Assembly: GCA_963724295.1 (NCBI GenBank)
Contig: CAVRUC010000007.1
Coordinates: forward strand, 640,001-704,000
Direction of reading: 5' to 3'
Length of the DNA: 64,000 nt
DNA from: an uncultured Chloroflexia bacterium
GTDB taxonomy: Bacteria > Chloroflexota > Chloroflexia > Thermomicrobiales > UBA6265
This document shows positions 61,182-64,000 of this stretch, one piece after another (position 1 is the first letter of the stretch; the number at the start of each line of letters is the position of its first letter). The position numbers and the translations under genes are program-made. The notes beneath the pieces were generated by a model. That model was given only the letters and a program-made list of their open reading frames with translations, ran no database searches and had not been told where the DNA came from.

Positions 61182-62372
61182 GCGCCGGTTTTCCGCGCGG
61201 CTGCGCCACCTGGATCGAGGTGGATTCGCTCGAAATCGATGCTCCGGATCCGACGGCTATCACCGCCTTCGCCATCGATCAGCCGAGGCCCGGCGACCGT
61301 TCCCCTGGTCTCGGCGTGGAGGTCAACGGCTGGGTCATCGGGCGGGATGGACCTGTTCGAGGCATACGTACTTCTCGTTCGGACCAGCAAGGCATCGTCC
61401 ATCCGCTCGGTGTCCAACGCCCCGATGTCGCCGCGGATTACCCGGACTACCCACATGCGGACTTCTCTGGATTTTCAGCCTGGGTGTCGATCGATCCGCG
61501 CGGGCGTGCCTGGCAGATCGACGTCGACAGCGTTCTCGCGGACGGCGGAACGGCCCGGATCGCCCGGATTCGGGGGCGAGTCGCTGAAGGTCTGCAAGTC
61601 CCAAGTCCGGGCAACCGATTGGTTACGGCGCCAGACTTCGTCATCATCGGCACCCAACGCGGCGGGACGACGTCGCTTCATGCGTATTTGAGTGCCCACC
61701 CGCAGGTGATTACCCCAGCGACGAAGGAGTTGCATTTCCTCACGGACCGCCACGAACGCGGGCTCGACTGGTACCTCGGGCAATTTCCGGCAGAGCTCGC
61801 CCCCGCACGTTATCACTGGCGAAGCGACGCCCTACGCGCTCTTTCACCCGTTGGCGCCACTGCGATTGCGGGAGATAGCACCAGCGGCAAAAACGATCGT
61901 GTTGCTGCGCAATCCAGTCGACCGGGCATACTCGCATTTCCTCCTGGAGCGGTCACGCGGGGAGGAGACACTCGATTTCGCCGCCGCGCTTGATGCCGAA
62001 CTGGAGCGGCTCGATGGCGAAGAAGCTCGGCTCTTGCAGGATCCTGCGTATGCCAGTGATCCCCACAAGCACGCCAGCTATTTGGCGAGGGGCGAGTACG
62101 CGCGGCAACTCGAGCGCTGGTTCGGCGTCTTCCCCAGGGAGCAGATTCTGGTCATCCGTACCGAAGACCTGTACGAGCGAACCGCGGAGGCGTTCGCTCG
62201 CGTCGCGGATTTCCTGACAATCAACCCGGACGAGATGATTCCGTTCGCGACGCACAATCAATCATCCGGATCACCCCTCGATCCCGCGACCCGTCGCCGG
62301 TTGTCCGAGCACTTTTCTCCGTTCAATGCTCGGTTAGCCGATCTGCTGGGCTGGGACCCCGGCTGGAGTTAA
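61178..62372 (+). CDS. Ig-like module plus sulfotransferase, frameshift near 61808
   Basis: PDFVIIGTQRGGTTSL, KELHF, then TGEATPY and LRNPVDRAYS in the next frame. Confidence 0.85.
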
Positions 62373-63828
62373 GGGCCGATGCCACGGCCGATTGCCTGCT
62401 CTCGGCCAACTGCGCCTCGAGGGCCGAGACGAGGACCCGCAGTTTCGTCACCTGCTCCGCATACTGATCAAGGACGCGTTCAATCGCGTCATCAGACCTT
62501 TCCGACACCACCACCAGATCTTGCGAGCCTCTCGCCACGAGGGGGTAGAGGGCGGTGTCGAACATTGAGAACAATCCGTCGTCGCTGTAGTAGCGAATGC
62601 TATCCCGCTCCACGCGGTCGCCCCACCGCTGTTGGAAGAGCTCGCGGTTATGCTGCTCACCCGGCGAATCTAGACCACGAGTCGCCTTGTCCAAATGGTA
62701 GACAACGCTTTCATGGCAGTAGTGTATTTCCAGGCCCGCTGCCCCAAGACGCAGACACAAATCGACATCTTCCCAACCATTGATGAAGGAGGTGTCGAAC
62801 CCGCCGGCATCAGCCCAGGCCTGTCGCCGGATCAGACAACACGCCGCGGTAACCGCCTGGAATCGACGAGAGATATTGACCGCCGGGTGGTCTTTCGGAA
62901 AGCCGGCGTAGATGTGGTGAGGTAAGCCGTTGGAGCCAAAGACGATCCCGGCATGCTGGATGGTGTCATCAGGGAAGAGGAGTCTCGAACCGATGGCCCC
63001 GGCCGTAGGGTGGGCGTCGGCATAGCGGACAAGCGCCGTCAACCAACCCTGGGTGGGCACCGTGTCGTTGTTGAGGAAGACAAGCAATTCACCGCGCGCC
63101 GTCTCCGCACCTGCGTTACAGGCACCGGCGAACCCACGGTTGAGCTCACGTGTGACGACCTGTAGACGGTCACCATAGGAAGCGAGGAGTCCCGGCGTAT
63201 CGTCGGTCGATGCATCATCGACAACAATAATCTCGACCGCGGGATCGTCATCGTTTCCGATCAGCAGGGCATCGAGACATTGGCGAGTGAGCCCGGCTTG
63301 ATTATGAACAGGGATTACGACCGAGCAGAGGGGGTCGGAGATCGCGTTGCCGGGAAGCCCGCGCGGGGTCGTCGCTATGGTCTTCCCGGTTGATCGACAG
63401 GCAGCGGCCCGAGACGCGGTGAGAATTGCAAAGTAGGCTGTCTCCGCGCGGCGGCGCGCCACCAGCGTTGCCAGATCGACAGACTGATTGTTCGCGAGGA
63501 CGGCGGCGAGATGGACCTGGACATCGTGCTCAGGTCCCTCGAGATTTACGTGAGCGGCAAAGCCACTGAGCATGGCGTCGGGATGGTCAGGGTAATCGGC
63601 GGCGACATCAGGGCGGGGTTGATTTACGGGCAGCGGATCAACGAGGCAACCATTTACTCGCGCCTCGACAACAACAACAGGAACCGATCCCGGCAGGATC
63701 CAGCCAGCAACTTCTACACTAGAGGGCCGATACTGCTTTCCCTCTATGGGATTATCGAGATGGAAACGTGGGAACTCGCGGTTTTCGGCAGACGCGTAAC
63801 GAACTTCCAGGATCTCGATGGTAACCAT
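62323..63828 (-). CDS. Ig-like module plus GT2 glycosyltransferase
   Basis: GW...RPDVAADYP...SGF; VIPVHN, VDDAS, LNND, EDVDLCLR. Confidence 0.88.
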   Translation of the reverse strand: MVTIEILEVRYASAENREFPRFHLDNPIEGKQYRPSSVEVAGWILPGSVPVVVVEARVNGCLVDPLPVNQPRPDVAADYPDHPDAMLSGFAAHVNLEGPEHDVQVHLAAVLANNQSVDLATLVARRRAETAYFAILTASRAAACRSTGKTIATTPRGLPGNAISDPLCSVVIPVHNQAGLTRQCLDALLIGNDDDPAVEIIVVDDASTDDTPGLLASYGDRLQVVTRELNRGFAGACNAGAETARGELLVFLNNDTVPTQGWLTALVRYADAHPTAGAIGSRLLFPDDTIQHAGIVFGSNGLPHHIYAGFPKDHPAVNISRRFQAVTAACCLIRRQAWADAGGFDTSFINGWEDVDLCLRLGAAGLEIHYCHESVVYHLDKATRGLDSPGEQHNRELFQQRWGDRVERDSIRYYSDDGLFSMFDTALYPLVARGSQDLVVVSERSDDAIERVLDQYAEQVTKLRVLVSALEAQLAESRQSAVASALNSSRGPSPADRLTEH

Positions 63829-64000
63829 CAGTCACTCTCTGCGAGGGGTCTGCTGGTACTTCCATGATCCAATTCCCGACGACCAGCCAAACAATGCATA
63901 GGTTGCCCGTGCTCGGCCAGGGGAACGATACCATTCACATTGTCACGACAATTACGTGCTCACGAACGCTTCTGCATTTTCGTGGCGCACGGGACTCATC

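Overview
GC-rich bacterial chromosomal segment, most likely Chloroflexota/Thermomicrobiales (inferred from the 'MxxRRFDxL...SRR' Tat-type leader, LPxTG protein, ChdC-type heme genes and overall gene content). It holds mostly core genes: yvcK-gap-pgk-secG-tatA-lepB, an orphan NuoE/NuoF-like pair, dxs, rsmG, a hemCD-hemB-chdC-hemE operon, tRNA-Lys(UUU), aroE/mltG/miaA, a SufU-like scaffold, a GS-like/decarboxylase pair and mreD-mrdA-mce-mutase. It ends in a ~13.5 kb glycosyltransferase/sulfotransferase/dTDP-rhamnose cluster. At least nine single-base frameshifts in seven genes suggest indel errors in the assembly rather than true pseudogenes. Best candidate for an undescribed system: an 86-aa Gly/Asn/Ala-rich, GG-turn repeat protein (49993-50253) with its own near-consensus promoter and terminator, sitting directly upstream of the glycan cluster. 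Its C-terminus (GGDxxxxFVS-stop) recurs exactly at the end of an unrelated, probably exported protein 26 kb away (22658-23579), which is divergent from an LPxTG-anchored Asn/Gly-rich protein. Together these suggest a surface fibre/matrix system with a shared C-terminal assembly or sorting motif. All functional calls rest on motif recognition by eye; no database searches were run.
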